Part shown: one piece after another, positions 47,842 to 59,493 of the stretch
Position numbering within the stretch: the stretch's first letter is position 1
Layout: every line of letters begins with the position of its first letter
Made by a program: the position numbers and the translations under genes
Notes under the pieces: generated by a model
Databases searched by the model: none
What the model saw: only the letters and a program-made list of their open reading frames with translations
Told to the model about the DNA's origin: nothing
Assembly: GCA_036172245.1 (NCBI GenBank)
Contig: JAYWIR010000031.1
Location: 372,001 to 436,000 of the forward strand
Origin: Raillietiella orientalis
Taxonomy: Eukaryota
Direction: 5' to 3'
Length of the DNA: 64,000 bases

Positions 47842-49052
47842 GTTTGTTGGATTCGAATTTTCTAATATCCGAATTTTCGAGGTGGCCGTTACGAGGAGCC
47901 AACGAAGGTTCTGTTACAGAGCAGAAGGCAGAAGCAGATTCGACCCATGCAGAAGCCGGCCAGGGCCACGCCGCGGCAAGCGCCTCCGGCGGCCGCTCCC
48001 GTCCTTGCGCGTCGCTCGAGCCCCTCCCAGAACACTCACTGAACTGCTGGTAGGTCTGACGCCGAGTGGGTATGGTAGCCTGGGACCAGGCGTCTCAGAA
48101 GCTGCAGGGTTTCCTGACGTCCTTGTTCCAGAACTGCACGAAGAACCTGAGGAGCATCCCCATATCTGGCGGCACACCTACATTGTCTTGGGATCCGCCT
48201 CCTTGTGGTGGAAAGAGGGCTGGGAGCAGTAGAGCTGCAGGTTGCGGAGGCTGCTGGAGATGTTCCCGATGAGGATGTTCCTGTGGTCGTTGAATATGTC
48301 TACGTAGTTGCCCGAGCAGTCCCCGTACTTGGGCTTCTTCTCCAGGCAGCAGCTGATGCTGCTGCAGATCCCTCGATCTCGTGTCGGATGCCCTCGATCA
48401 AGGGGCCGGCTCCCTTGGCTACGAAGAGGCCTCTCTTCCAGAACGAGTACAGCAGCGGCATCCCGTTGGAGAGCTCGTCCAGGTGGCCCATCAGCCGGAC
48501 CACGTCCCTGGAGGGGTACCTGGAGAGCGGCCGGTTCCTGGGCAGCCGCGAGTCTCCCTTCTTTTGGGCTGCTGCCACGAGCTTCGGGTCGGGGAACTCC
48601 TGCTTCCTGCCCGAGAAGCACGCGGTGAGGTGCCCGCCCGCATTTGGCCTGCGGGCGGCCCTCGTCCTCAAGGGCAGCATCTCGGGAATGGCGTCCGAGT
48701 CGCTGGCGCACTTGGCCGGGTTCCTCTCCATCGGGGAGCCGCCCGCGGAGACCATCCATCTGCAGTGGGACTTGCCCTCGGGCACGAGGTGATCCCGCGA
48801 GACCTAAAGCGGGAGGGACCTCTTCCTTTCCTGCTCTTGCTCCTCCTCCTCCTCTGCGTATTTCCTAAAGTTCTGTATCAAATGCAACCACCGGTTTTGG
48901 AAGCTGCGTTCCTGCTTCAGGTCCTTCTGGGACTGTTTGGAAGCGGTCACAGCTCTGGACGGCTTCTACATGGGTGCGATGGACTTCCAAAAGAACGAAC
49001 ATGTTTGTTAAATTCGAATATTCGAATTCTCCAAAATTCGATTCCAACAAAC
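47842..49052. mobile_element. Candidate non-autonomous TIR element carrying a GC-rich gene fragment
   Basis: gtttgttggattcgaatttt (47842-47861) vs reverse complement of 49033-49052 gtttgttggaatcgaatttt (19/20), with further ttcgaa-rich subterminal repeats; no TSD identified. Confidence 0.5.
47890..48971 (-). pseudogene. GC-rich intronless pseudogene of unknown family
   Basis: ATG at 48971, then one frame with few stops or frameshifts: M*KPSRAV...DLKQERSFQNRWLHLIQNFRKYAEEEEEQ...LSRYPSRDVVRLMGHLDELSNGMPLLYSFWKRGLF...KKPKYGDCSGNYVDIFNDH; strong GC3 bias. Confidence 0.6.
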
Positions 49053-49068
49053 TAGAGAAGATTTAAAG

Positions 49069-49225
49069 CATTAGTCATGAGTCCTCTACGCCATTAAAAC
49101 AAAAAATCCTCAATGAACCTGCAAGAAAAGCACGCTCCAAATTCAAACTACGATAGGGAAATGTGCTTGACATTGACTATACAATATATACATATATATA
49201 TATATATATATAAAAGAGGCATTAC
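49069..49225 (+). repeat. Older diverged copy of the SAS-4 3' flank (18931-19092)
   Basis: cattagtca.gagtcct...aacctgcaagaaaagca...caaactacgatagggaaatgtgcttgaca...gaggcattac shared, with many substitutions and an (AT)n expansion. Confidence 0.9.
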
Positions 49226-49232
49226 ATTACCG

Positions 49233-50194
49233 TCTCTTATTTGATGGCACAAGTTTCAATCCAAGACTGTTCAGATGAGCTCGATATTGTTTGCCAAGGA
49301 CTGTGTGCTCTCTTGTTGGCCCTATGTGTGCATTTTAATAACAATACAGTTGCAGCATTTACGAGGTGTAGTCTGGCACAGCTTATTGAGAAACGTGTTG
49401 GTTTAGAGACATTTCTTACGAAATTATCAGCAGTTTCCAAACATGAATTATATAACCAGGCTCACAAGCAACCACAACTCCACTATCCACATTCTACACA
49501 GCTACTCTTTGACCACGAGTTCTGCAAATTTTTTAGGATGCTTGAAGGTATAATCTGTGCCTAAAAGATTGGTGAGAAGCAGATTTCAGCCACTTTGTTG
49601 AGGACGCTGACCTCAGTTTGTGACCTTGCTGGTAACAGTTCTCCTACTCCAGAGGAAGATGGCATTCGGCAGCAGTTAGAAATAACTTTGCAGAACAAAG
49701 ATGAGCAGATTAACCAATTGCAAGAAAAAGTGGATATTCTTCAACAAAAGAATGCATCTTTACAAGTAAGGTGGTTTTACTATGATTTCTTTTTCCCTAT
49801 AGTAGTTTGATAGTGTAAGTATGAGCAGCTACAACAAACACTGCAATCCCAGCAGAATCTCACAAGCGGGGAGGTTCAACCTGAAAAAGGTAATAAAAGA
49901 GCATGTTCCTCGAATGAATAGAATATATATGTTTTTCTTGTAGATCAACCGGATTTGTTCAAAGAATTGCAAACGGCTAGGCAGGAAATTGAGAAATTGA
50001 AAACCGATCAAGAAGATTTGCTGATCTTGCTCTCGGATCAGGAGTCTAAGCTGATTTCATACAGAAAAAGGTTGATTCTCTTAGGGGAGCAGGTAGGATG
50101 ACGATGATATGTTTTTAACCTTCTAATTCTGCCAAAGCTTGATGATGATGATGATGAAGCAGACCATCTTGATGAATGTGATATCATTAAATAA
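49233..50194 (+). pseudogene. USO1: 5'-truncated USO1 copy (last five exons, starts mid-exon)
   Basis: Duplicate of 13978-14939 without promoter or 5' exons. Confidence 0.9.
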
Positions 50195-50504
50195 TATGAC
50201 ATTTTTAGTCTTTCGGACATTTCCAGTTCTTGATTTTTTATTACCTCGGATTATTCCGAAGATTCTAAGACGCCATCATCTGGAAACATTAACATACAAA
50301 ATTCATTGCTGCAACCATTGATTCTTGTCAGTATCTGTGGCACCCCAGGGTGTTATCAGAGATCAGCAATTCCTGCAGGCTACAGTTTTTTGCACAACAC
50401 TGAACAGAACCACAAGTAACTGCAAATAGGATCAAATCATGCACAAAACGTAGCCTATGCAATCGGAAATACGATCTGTCACACAAAGTACCTATCACGT
50501 TTTT

Positions 50505-53215
50505 TCATGATCCAGCATCGGTTGCAAGTTTTTTACCGAGGTGATCCATTTAATGACTTTATATGTCAATCAGGAAAATGTGACAAGACTGGTCCATTGA
50601 CAAGCAAAATTAGAAATTTAGAAAAGTCGAATTTCACGATGAATCGATTGATCTGACCACGAATTCAGTTTTCTCCCTCACCTAGTAAGAGTAATAAAGG
50701 GTGTTCGCTGAATCCCCAACCCGCCAATGCGTACGCCCTGATGCATTCAATCTTTGCATGCGCTAAGATTGTATCCAAGTTTGTTACTACGGTTACTGTG
50801 AAATCGGATGCAGAATAAAAATGCAGAGTGTCATAGAGTTTTTGCCTCATTTTACGAGCATCGAGTCAATTTTTATTCTTCGGATGCTTATTTCCGTGTT
50901 CATGATTTCATCGCCACTTTTATTTTCTGCTTTTGGAAGCAAAATGCATTTGGTTTTTGCAGCAGCACCCCATAACGGCAAACACGTTGGATGCCGTGGT
51001 GGCTGTTGCTTTTGATTCAAGAAATGTCGAAACTTGAAATGCCTTCTTCAATTGCGCTTAAACGGGAAGTGCATCGAGTTGATATTTCGAACGTCATCTC
51101 TACAAGTTAAAGAATGACCAGGCTTCCCGTGTTTCTGGTACAGTTTCACCCCCGCAGGCTGCTGAGGACTCGTTCAGTTCAGATAGGGAAAACGCTGCCA
51201 CGTTGGTATAGCAGCACTCGGTCAACTTTCAGCAATTTGCAGAGTTTTCCTCATTTTGCGTTGCATCTTTTCCAGCCGTGTTCCATTTCTATTTTTCCTT
51301 GTGCGTGCTGGCCTTCTACATCTTTTCGATCTTTCGCGCAACCTTTTGCCAGTACCAGCTTCATACAAGTTTTGTGTAAAAGTGAAATGCACAGCAGCAC
51401 GTTTCTCTTTCGCTCGTTCTTTTTGCACGCATTTTCAATGAAATCGCCTTGAATGGAAACCTTGAAACCTTTTTCCAGATTCTTGTTATCTTTGCAAGCT
51501 AGTTTGTAGTTTCGTAAATAGGACAGTTCGTTCAAGTCATTTGCTACTACTATTTGCTGAATGATTTTTCATCCATGAGGCGCCACTTCTCGAGTTCCTT
51601 TCCTGTCTGTCCCGAGATTTGCAGTTCTCTTGTTAGCTTTCTGTAACATAAATACATCTCCTTGCAAATATCACAGTGCTCAAAATGCTGACGAAGGGTG
51701 CAGCTTTTTGCATGCATTGCATTTGCTTGACGCTAACCGTCTGCGTTGTGCTTCTGCCTATCTTGCCGCTACATCTGCCTATCTTCGTCGCTTACGAAAA
51801 TCTTGTTCATTAATTGGGAGTAAATTGACGGTATTCTGTATTGATATTTACGGTACGGTGTACCGGTTTCACATTGTAAAAGTGATAAGTTGGTAACAGT
51901 GAGAAACCAGAAGGAATTGTTTGGCAACTGTTCGTCCGATGCTCTTTCTTAATTAAGCCACGTCGTGCATCCAGAATTCTCGAGCAGTTCTTAATACATC
52001 TTATCACGTAAGAAAAAACAAAACACGTTGATTTCTCAACCAGTCCGGGCATCTTCCATAGTTCCGAATTCAGCATACAAATGATTCCAAAATTGCTCGT
52101 CCCGAATTCTCCGGTCCGCGAGACCGAGAAGTTCTTTCGCGTTGAATTGTCCAAAGGACGCTTTCTTTTAAATTGAAAGAGGCTTAAGGGATGCCTAGGG
52201 GATGCTGAGGAGCTGGTAGAACTGCTAGGATATCATTAAGAACTGTCTCCCAAAGAAGTAGCGAAGCTATTGTACCTGCGAGAGTAACCGAACAGCGGAG
52301 GGGCCTGCAAACGTTCAAGTAATAGCCTGGACATTGGCGGTGGTCAAAAAATAAGAAGAATCAAAAATAATCGATAGAAATCTCTCATGAATTATTCCTA
52401 ACAAGATTTCTTTAGATAGTTGGGCCGAAGAGATAAGCTGTTTCTGATAATCACCTTCAAATCAGAGGTTGCATGGTATTCAGATTTACAAAACCTCGAA
52501 CACGGTTACCAGGTTTCTCCGCAATCTTGAGATAACATTTTCTATTTTATCATAGCAGACTATTCGGAATTAAATGCTTGCCACAAAAAAGACTTCTCCA
52601 GAAAAACAGTACACTACGATTCCGTTGTCTGAATTCATGCGTAGGTTTTGGTCGAGGTTGCTAAAATTTTATTCAACAGAAATTTGCTGTATGGCTTAAA
52701 CCTTATCTCTATCATGTCGTCTAGTTTCTACAATACTTAAAAACTTGTCTTTTACTACGGCTGATTGTTTTCATTCTAGTGTCTTCTGCAAGTGATGAGC
52801 CAAAAAAATGGATGTGACATAATTTTCTTTTCTTTACAAGAAAAAAACGAAACTTTCATTCCATGTTCGGATTCCAAATACTACCTGGCTGCTCTTTTTT
52901 TAAACTTTTTCCATTTGAAAGCCAGTGAAATCACTGTCCCAACATATGGCTTAAGGGGCATAAGCAGTTTTGAAACCAAGCTTCCAATCGGCTTTCGAGA
53001 ATGCCTTTACCGTAAAAGAAATACTTTGTATTTGTACTGTATCAAAGCTCCAGTACTCTTGATCCTAGTACTGCATAGCACCAAGGAAGCGGCCACGAGA
53101 AGGCTGCATACATGCAACGGGCCTGAGGGTTTCTTTCGAGATACAATTTAAAAGATTTCAACACCAAAAATTGGAAAGGAAAGCATTTATTCACGGAGAA
53201 CCGGCTTCTTTTTTA
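50505..53215 (-). pseudogene. Duplicate of the near full-length Argonaute pseudogene
   Basis: Copy of 15250-17960. Confidence 0.75.
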
Positions 53216-54454
53216 AGATACACTATGAATGGCGCATGACCAAAGTCCCGATTGGCAGCACGAAACACTGAAGTTGAAACTCCTCGACATAGCTCTCGAG
53301 TCTTTAGCCGTTTCCTACGAAACGCACACACTTCGTAGAGACGTCAACGATGCTCACGAACGCCAAATGCTTGGCTTGAATTCCGTTTGTCAATTCGAAC
53401 CCGAGATTCCGTAAGGGAGGCTGGCGTCCAAAGTCCGACTTCATCAACGGAGAACAGCCAATCTCGCAAACTCTGAAGTTGCAGAATCAATTCAAAAATC
53501 CAACATCCAACACCTGATGGAATGGAAAATGCGCACACGAATATGCAATTACAAGTAACTGATTTCTACTACTTGATTCTCAATACGATACACCTACTCA
53601 ACTAACAAAAAGGAACAAAGTCATATTCAGTCAAGTGTTGTGAGAATGGTAAGTTCAACATGAAACACAGAAAGTCTCATCTTCTACAGCAATCAGCAAA
53701 TCATGCAACCATGAGTGAAACAATGGCATTCTCGTACCGCAAATCGTGCCTGCTTTCTAATTTAACGGATGCAAAATCTGATCAGCTGCAAGAAATTCTA
53801 CCATAAAGAAACCTGCATTGAGAGCAAACTGGGAATTTGCTACATTTGGAAAAGACCTGGCTAGCCAGAAAACTTGCAATAGTCCATGTTCCACCAGAAA
53901 TCAAAAATAAACGTTGTCTTGGATATGTCATTTTTCCATGATTTGATATTTTGATGAAGCTTTGATATTTCCACGTTAGCAACAAGGCTTTTCTTGACTG
54001 GCAATCTCCAGCATATGCCACGTTTCCATCGATGATCCCCAAATAGTTCTCATCAAACTTTTTCTCTGCATGCTGTTTCCTAATCTAACTTTTGTTGGGT
54101 ATTTCAACTCTATCATGTATATCCTGGAAAAATATTAACAACCTGTTTTCTCATGCTATTTTAAATAACTGGAGGAGATGGCAAACATTAGTCACGAGTC
54201 CTATAAGCCATGAAAATGAAAGCTCTTCAATCAACCTGCAAGAAAAGCATGCTCAAAATGCAAACTACGATAGGGAAATGTGCTTGACACTGACTGTACA
54301 AAACACGTATATAAATACATATATCTAAATAAAAAAGGAGGCATTACGCATGCTCGATTTCACATGAGCCACATCAAATTACATGATGCAGCCTTGATTT
54401 CTGATAAAGAGTAATAACCACTGAAATCTTTGCAAATAGAAGAACACTATTCAT

Positions 54455-57400
54455 TCAAGCATGAAAATCCAGTAATAATTGACCATCCTTGTTGCAAACT
54501 TGAACGCAGCCATCGGAATAGTGAGTTTCTTGTTGGCCGTCATGATACACATACTTGATAGTGCCGTCTGGATACAACCATTTCTAAATCAACACATTCA
54601 TTGATTCCTAGTGGAGATCGAGAACTACCTTGAAATTCTGCGACTTAAATTCTTTCAAACCATCAGGAAACACCACTGTTCTTGTGCCGTCTGCTTTCTT
54701 CTCTACATGAGTACCGTCAGGAAGTCTGATCTCTTCTGAACGATTCGAATAAATAATTCGCTGATGACCGTCAGGAAATGTTATTATGATTTTACCATCT
54801 GGACAGTGGTATTCCTTCTGACCACTAGAATCTAAGGGAATAGAGAAAAAAAGAGAAAAAAAACTTACCTACTGAATTCTACAAACTGAATGCCGTTGGG
54901 ATAAGTAGTGTGTTTTACTTGAGCTGCAGCATGGAGATAGACAACAGTCCCATTATCCAAATGCTCCTCCACATCCCCATTGGGAAACAGGATGCGACAT
55001 TCTTTATTCGTTTTTCCAGAAACGACAAATCCTCCTTTGGGAAGCATATGCAGCTGTCTGTTTCTCAAAACCGGTAATTCATCTTCTATGACTTCTGGTT
55101 TCATTAATTCTTCAGCATCTTCAGACTGATGTTTCAAGCAGTCTTCAATCACCGATGCATGTGGCTCATCCTGTGAATTTCTGCTCCCAACAACCAGTTG
55201 AGGTGTTTGCGTGTCACTTTCACCTGCTAACTGACTTCTTGGATTATCTTGCATTAAGTCACACACCTGAACAGATGTGGAAATCGCATCCTTATTTGCA
55301 GCGGAGGTAGATTCAGGTGGCGGTTTGCTGCATATCAGTGCTGAAGTAATCTTATCTGCATCATTAGTGCCAAGGCATCCTTCTGTTTTCTGCAATGCTG
55401 CATTGTGTTGATCTAGTTGGTATATACTTTCTGATATGGACTTTTGAGGACAAACTTCACAAATAACAATCTCGCTGCTAAAATGTGTGACAGCTTGAAC
55501 TGGCTTCTCCAAAATAGCCATTTTGTTCTCTTTTACAAATTTGCTTAACTTTGTATTCAGCCTATTAAAGCTGAACCCTGCTTTATGCTGTTGCTTTCCC
55601 TGCAACATTTGGTTGCTAATACTACTCACTGATCTCCACTAACCTGTGGTGCTTCTTTGTTGACTGAAGAATTACCTACTTCTTTCAGAATTTGATTCTG
55701 TCTTTCAAGAGTTTTGATCTTCTCTTGCAATTTCAAGCGACTCAAGGAATTTTGCCTATCTTTAGCTTTCAGTTGTTTCTCAAGTTGTTCAATCTGCGAA
55801 AGCTTAAATAAATAGAATATATCGGAAGCATAATAACCTTGGCTGTCAGTGCACAGATTCTCTCACTCTCCTTCATGGCTTTCTGGTTCCGAAACCTTGC
55901 TTTATCGTTTTCCAGAGCTATCCGTTCCAACTTGACACGATTTTGTTCAGACAACACTATCTGGAGCATACGCCGCTTTTCCACTACCATATGTTGCTCA
56001 AATTGTTGTCTCTGATTTTGTATTGCCTCGGAGAGTTTCTGCAGTTGTTCAATATGTTTCCTCAAGTCGGATTCATTTTCAATGCAAAATTGCCTCCCAG
56101 TCTTTACGCAGGTTTCACTTTTTTCTTTTGTTTTTTCACTCTCTAGACTTTCTGCCTTCTTCCGGTTTGCGGCTTCAGGACAAAAATTCACTTGATGCTT
56201 GCCAGCAACTTTGAGTTTTTTAAAGGACCCCGATCTGCTGTTTTTCTGATGAGGAGAAGAAAGCAGTGAAGTCTGCCTTGCTTGCAGAATGCCTTTCTTG
56301 CCAGATGCTGCATTTTGGACCTTAGTCTTCCCTGAATGAGATGTACACAGGAGTGTCTTTCCAGCATGCATGCCCTCTTTTGGTTCGTCAGATATCTTAT
56401 TTTCCATACTGTTAAACAAGTTATTCAGATGCACAATCAAATCCGAATGCTCATCTGGAAGAATGCCACCTTGGTTTGATTGAAAAAGTGTTCGCATGTG
56501 TACAGGTTGATTATTATCTTTTTGATCATGCAGATGAGCTGGATGCTTGACTTCATTTCTGATGCATGATTCTTCTGGAGACAGTTGTTGTTTCAAAGGA
56601 ATGTCTTTTAATGGTTTGCCCAGTTGATCCATGGGATCACATTCCTGAACACAAACGGCAGCTGATTTTCCAACTTCCATCGATATTTCTTCAATATCTG
56701 TTTCCCAATCGGAGTTCGAATCAGCTCTGCTGCTTCTCTCTTGTACATCATGGGCACTGTGATCATCAGGTGAACTCGGATAAGATTTAATTGGGCTAAT
56801 AACCGGAGTCAACAAAAACTCCGAATGCTTATTTTTTGTAGGCGTAGAGGTGATATCATTTGAGTTGGCAGACTTACTTAAGTATATCAGATTATGAACT
56901 TTCGAAGAACTAGAATTAAAACTTGAATGTTCAACAATTTCTTCTAATTTTTCAAACACCGCTAGTTCTGCTTTTTCTTTCTGAAATCATAATTTTTTGT
57001 GTGATGGATCGTAAACCTACCAGCTAATTCTTTCATTTTCACCGCAATTCAACTAAAATAACTCAACTCAACCGTTCATTTAAGCTGTCTCGAATTTTTA
57101 AAATTTAAATACTCAATAAGATTAAGATTGCCTAAATTAAAGCACCACGACTTTCACATGCTACGATAATTGGAAATTACCTTATGCACGTCTGGTACCC
57201 TAGGGAATGATTTGTTTTCGTGCACATCACACTTGACGTATTGCAAGATTTCATTACACCTTTTTATTTTGTCCAGGAAATTGATACCAGCTGATGTATT
57301 GGAACTTATTTTCACTCTGTTCTCATTCTCGCAATCAGGCTTACAATCCGAATATTTCTTTTTTGTATTCGGACAAAGTCCGGGAGCGGTACGCAGATTC

Positions 57401-57501
57401 ATCCGGAATCTACGCAAACCATCCCCCTTTTTGAGATATTGTTTCTCTTTAGTGCACGCCACCAAATGGTCGGCTACTTTTCCTGGATCCTCCTCCGTCA
57501 T
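54455..57501 (-). CDS. CENPJ: CENPJ/CPAP/SAS-4, copy 2
   Basis: Duplicate of 19200-22246 with the same open exons; one visible amino-acid change (PEATN vs PEAAN). Confidence 0.92.
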
Positions 57502-58304
57502 TATTCACTCTTTAATCGAAACTTATCCTCCGGAAAACATGACCAAACGAGAACGAACCGGCAGCCCCAAGGAGCCAGGTGCAGTTCACCCGCGTTACAA
57601 GCACCACCATACCATCGGCTACCACCCTCCTCCAACTGATCGCAAACAAGTCGATCGAGTTTGGCGCTTCCAAAAGCAGGGCTTACAAGGCTCTTCGAGT
57701 CTCGTCTGGTGAAACTCGCGTTTTTTGTGTGTTACAAATCCAACTTCCAGAATACGTTATTTCCAGAAACCTCAAATAGAAGATTTAAAAATAAGTTTTA
57801 TTTGATACTATGAACTGCAATTCATGTCACGAAGCATTTTGGATTTTCGCAATGTACTTGCTCTTAGGCCTCAAAAGCTGGCTGTCTGCTTTCTTTCGTC
57901 TTGCTGCACACACTTTTTATGGTGATGATCATGACAAAATTAGGGATTATCTACTACCAATATTCATCCGATCATTGCAACAACATGCTACGAAATGGTG
58001 TTTAATAAGCTGAATTCACAAAGGACAAATACATCGAACTGAAGGCAACAGGCTTTCTCAAAGCACGGATCTCAAAGTATTCGAGAGCTGCACAATAATT
58101 GGGAATCTTCATTCGCTTTAAAATTTCCTATTCATAATTATTATTCTTCATAAAAAAATAACGATGTGAGACATTACAAAAAACACGAGCTGCTCAAAGA
58201 AGAAAACAAACGATAACAGCCATAACAGATGTTTGAATACTGTGATCAATACACAATATCGTATTTCATAATAAGAAAATGCTTTTCAAACAATCGAAAA
58301 CATC

Positions 58305-59155
58305 ACGCCAACGTAGGCAAGAAGCTTTCAAATACATCTTTCGGTTGGATCCAGCGCATTTCTTCGGAGTCATGCGTTCACAAAAATGAATAGGGTTAGA
58401 GGGCCCAGACTTATGGAGAAGCGAGCCGATTGAGGACTGATAAAACGACTCCATCCATCGAGCTTCATTCGATGCTGAGAGCCTGAAGTACTTCAGGCTT
58501 TCTGTTTCCCAGTCCGCCTATGTGGAAGTAATACAATTTCACCTTAGAAGAGGAATTTATGAGTGAGCACACTTTGTGTACATTCCGGAGATCGAACTCA
58601 AGCAGATGTCCTAAAAGTCTCACAGATGCAAGTCTGGAAAGTACATGTTTGGAAAAAGGCATGCTCTTTAGTCATCTTTAGACTACGGTGAGCATGATGT
58701 ATCCCTAGGAATACCTAGTCACCTTCTGACTTGGGTCGACGAAAGACGTCACTAAAACCTCGCAGCAAGACGGGAAACACTGCTATAAGTGACTTGTACC
58801 AGTGGCTCTTGTCTTCTACCTGTCTCTCCCGTATCGTCCTAATCAACGTAAGACGTTCCAAGAAATTCATTCACGGATTTGTCTATGCCGCTCGCGGTCC
58901 AGCTTTTCCCTTCACATCCAGAATCCGGAAAAAATAGCCTTCCCCGGGAATGAGTTTGTGATGAATAAAATGATCACTGATTCAAAAGTGTTGAGGAAGT
59001 GCTTCTATTTTCAAGAAAGGAAACGAACTTTCTCGGTGTGTGATACTACTTTCGAAACCACTCATGCTTTCCTCTCGATTTCTTGTTTAATCTTACGGAT
59101 CTATGAGCGGAAGTGAATTGTAAGCTATGTTCCAGAAGGAATACTCCAATCCTGC
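58305..59155 (-). pseudogene. Duplicate of the probable Argonaute fragment at 23050-23900
   Basis: Copy within the segmental duplication. Confidence 0.35.
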
Positions 59156-59493
59156 ACAACTATTTACCTGGAACAAGACTGCTAAATCTCAACGTAATCT
59201 TCTTTTACTGCTACAAGTCACTTCAGTTGCTTACAATGCAATATTACACAAATTCTAGAAGCTCATAAAATAATTGTCTTCCCAGAAATTCAAATCAGTG
59301 AAGACAGCAAGCACATTATTAGTAATTTTATTTGAATTCAATCCTCAATGGACTGAAATAATGTTCCATCTACAATTACAAGGCCAGCTTTCAGCCGTTT
59401 CTTTTTGATCCATAGCACCATGACAGGGCCATGAAAGGCAGACCAGCAAGCATTTCTTTCAAATTTATAAATAAAAGCAAGTAAAGCTTCATC

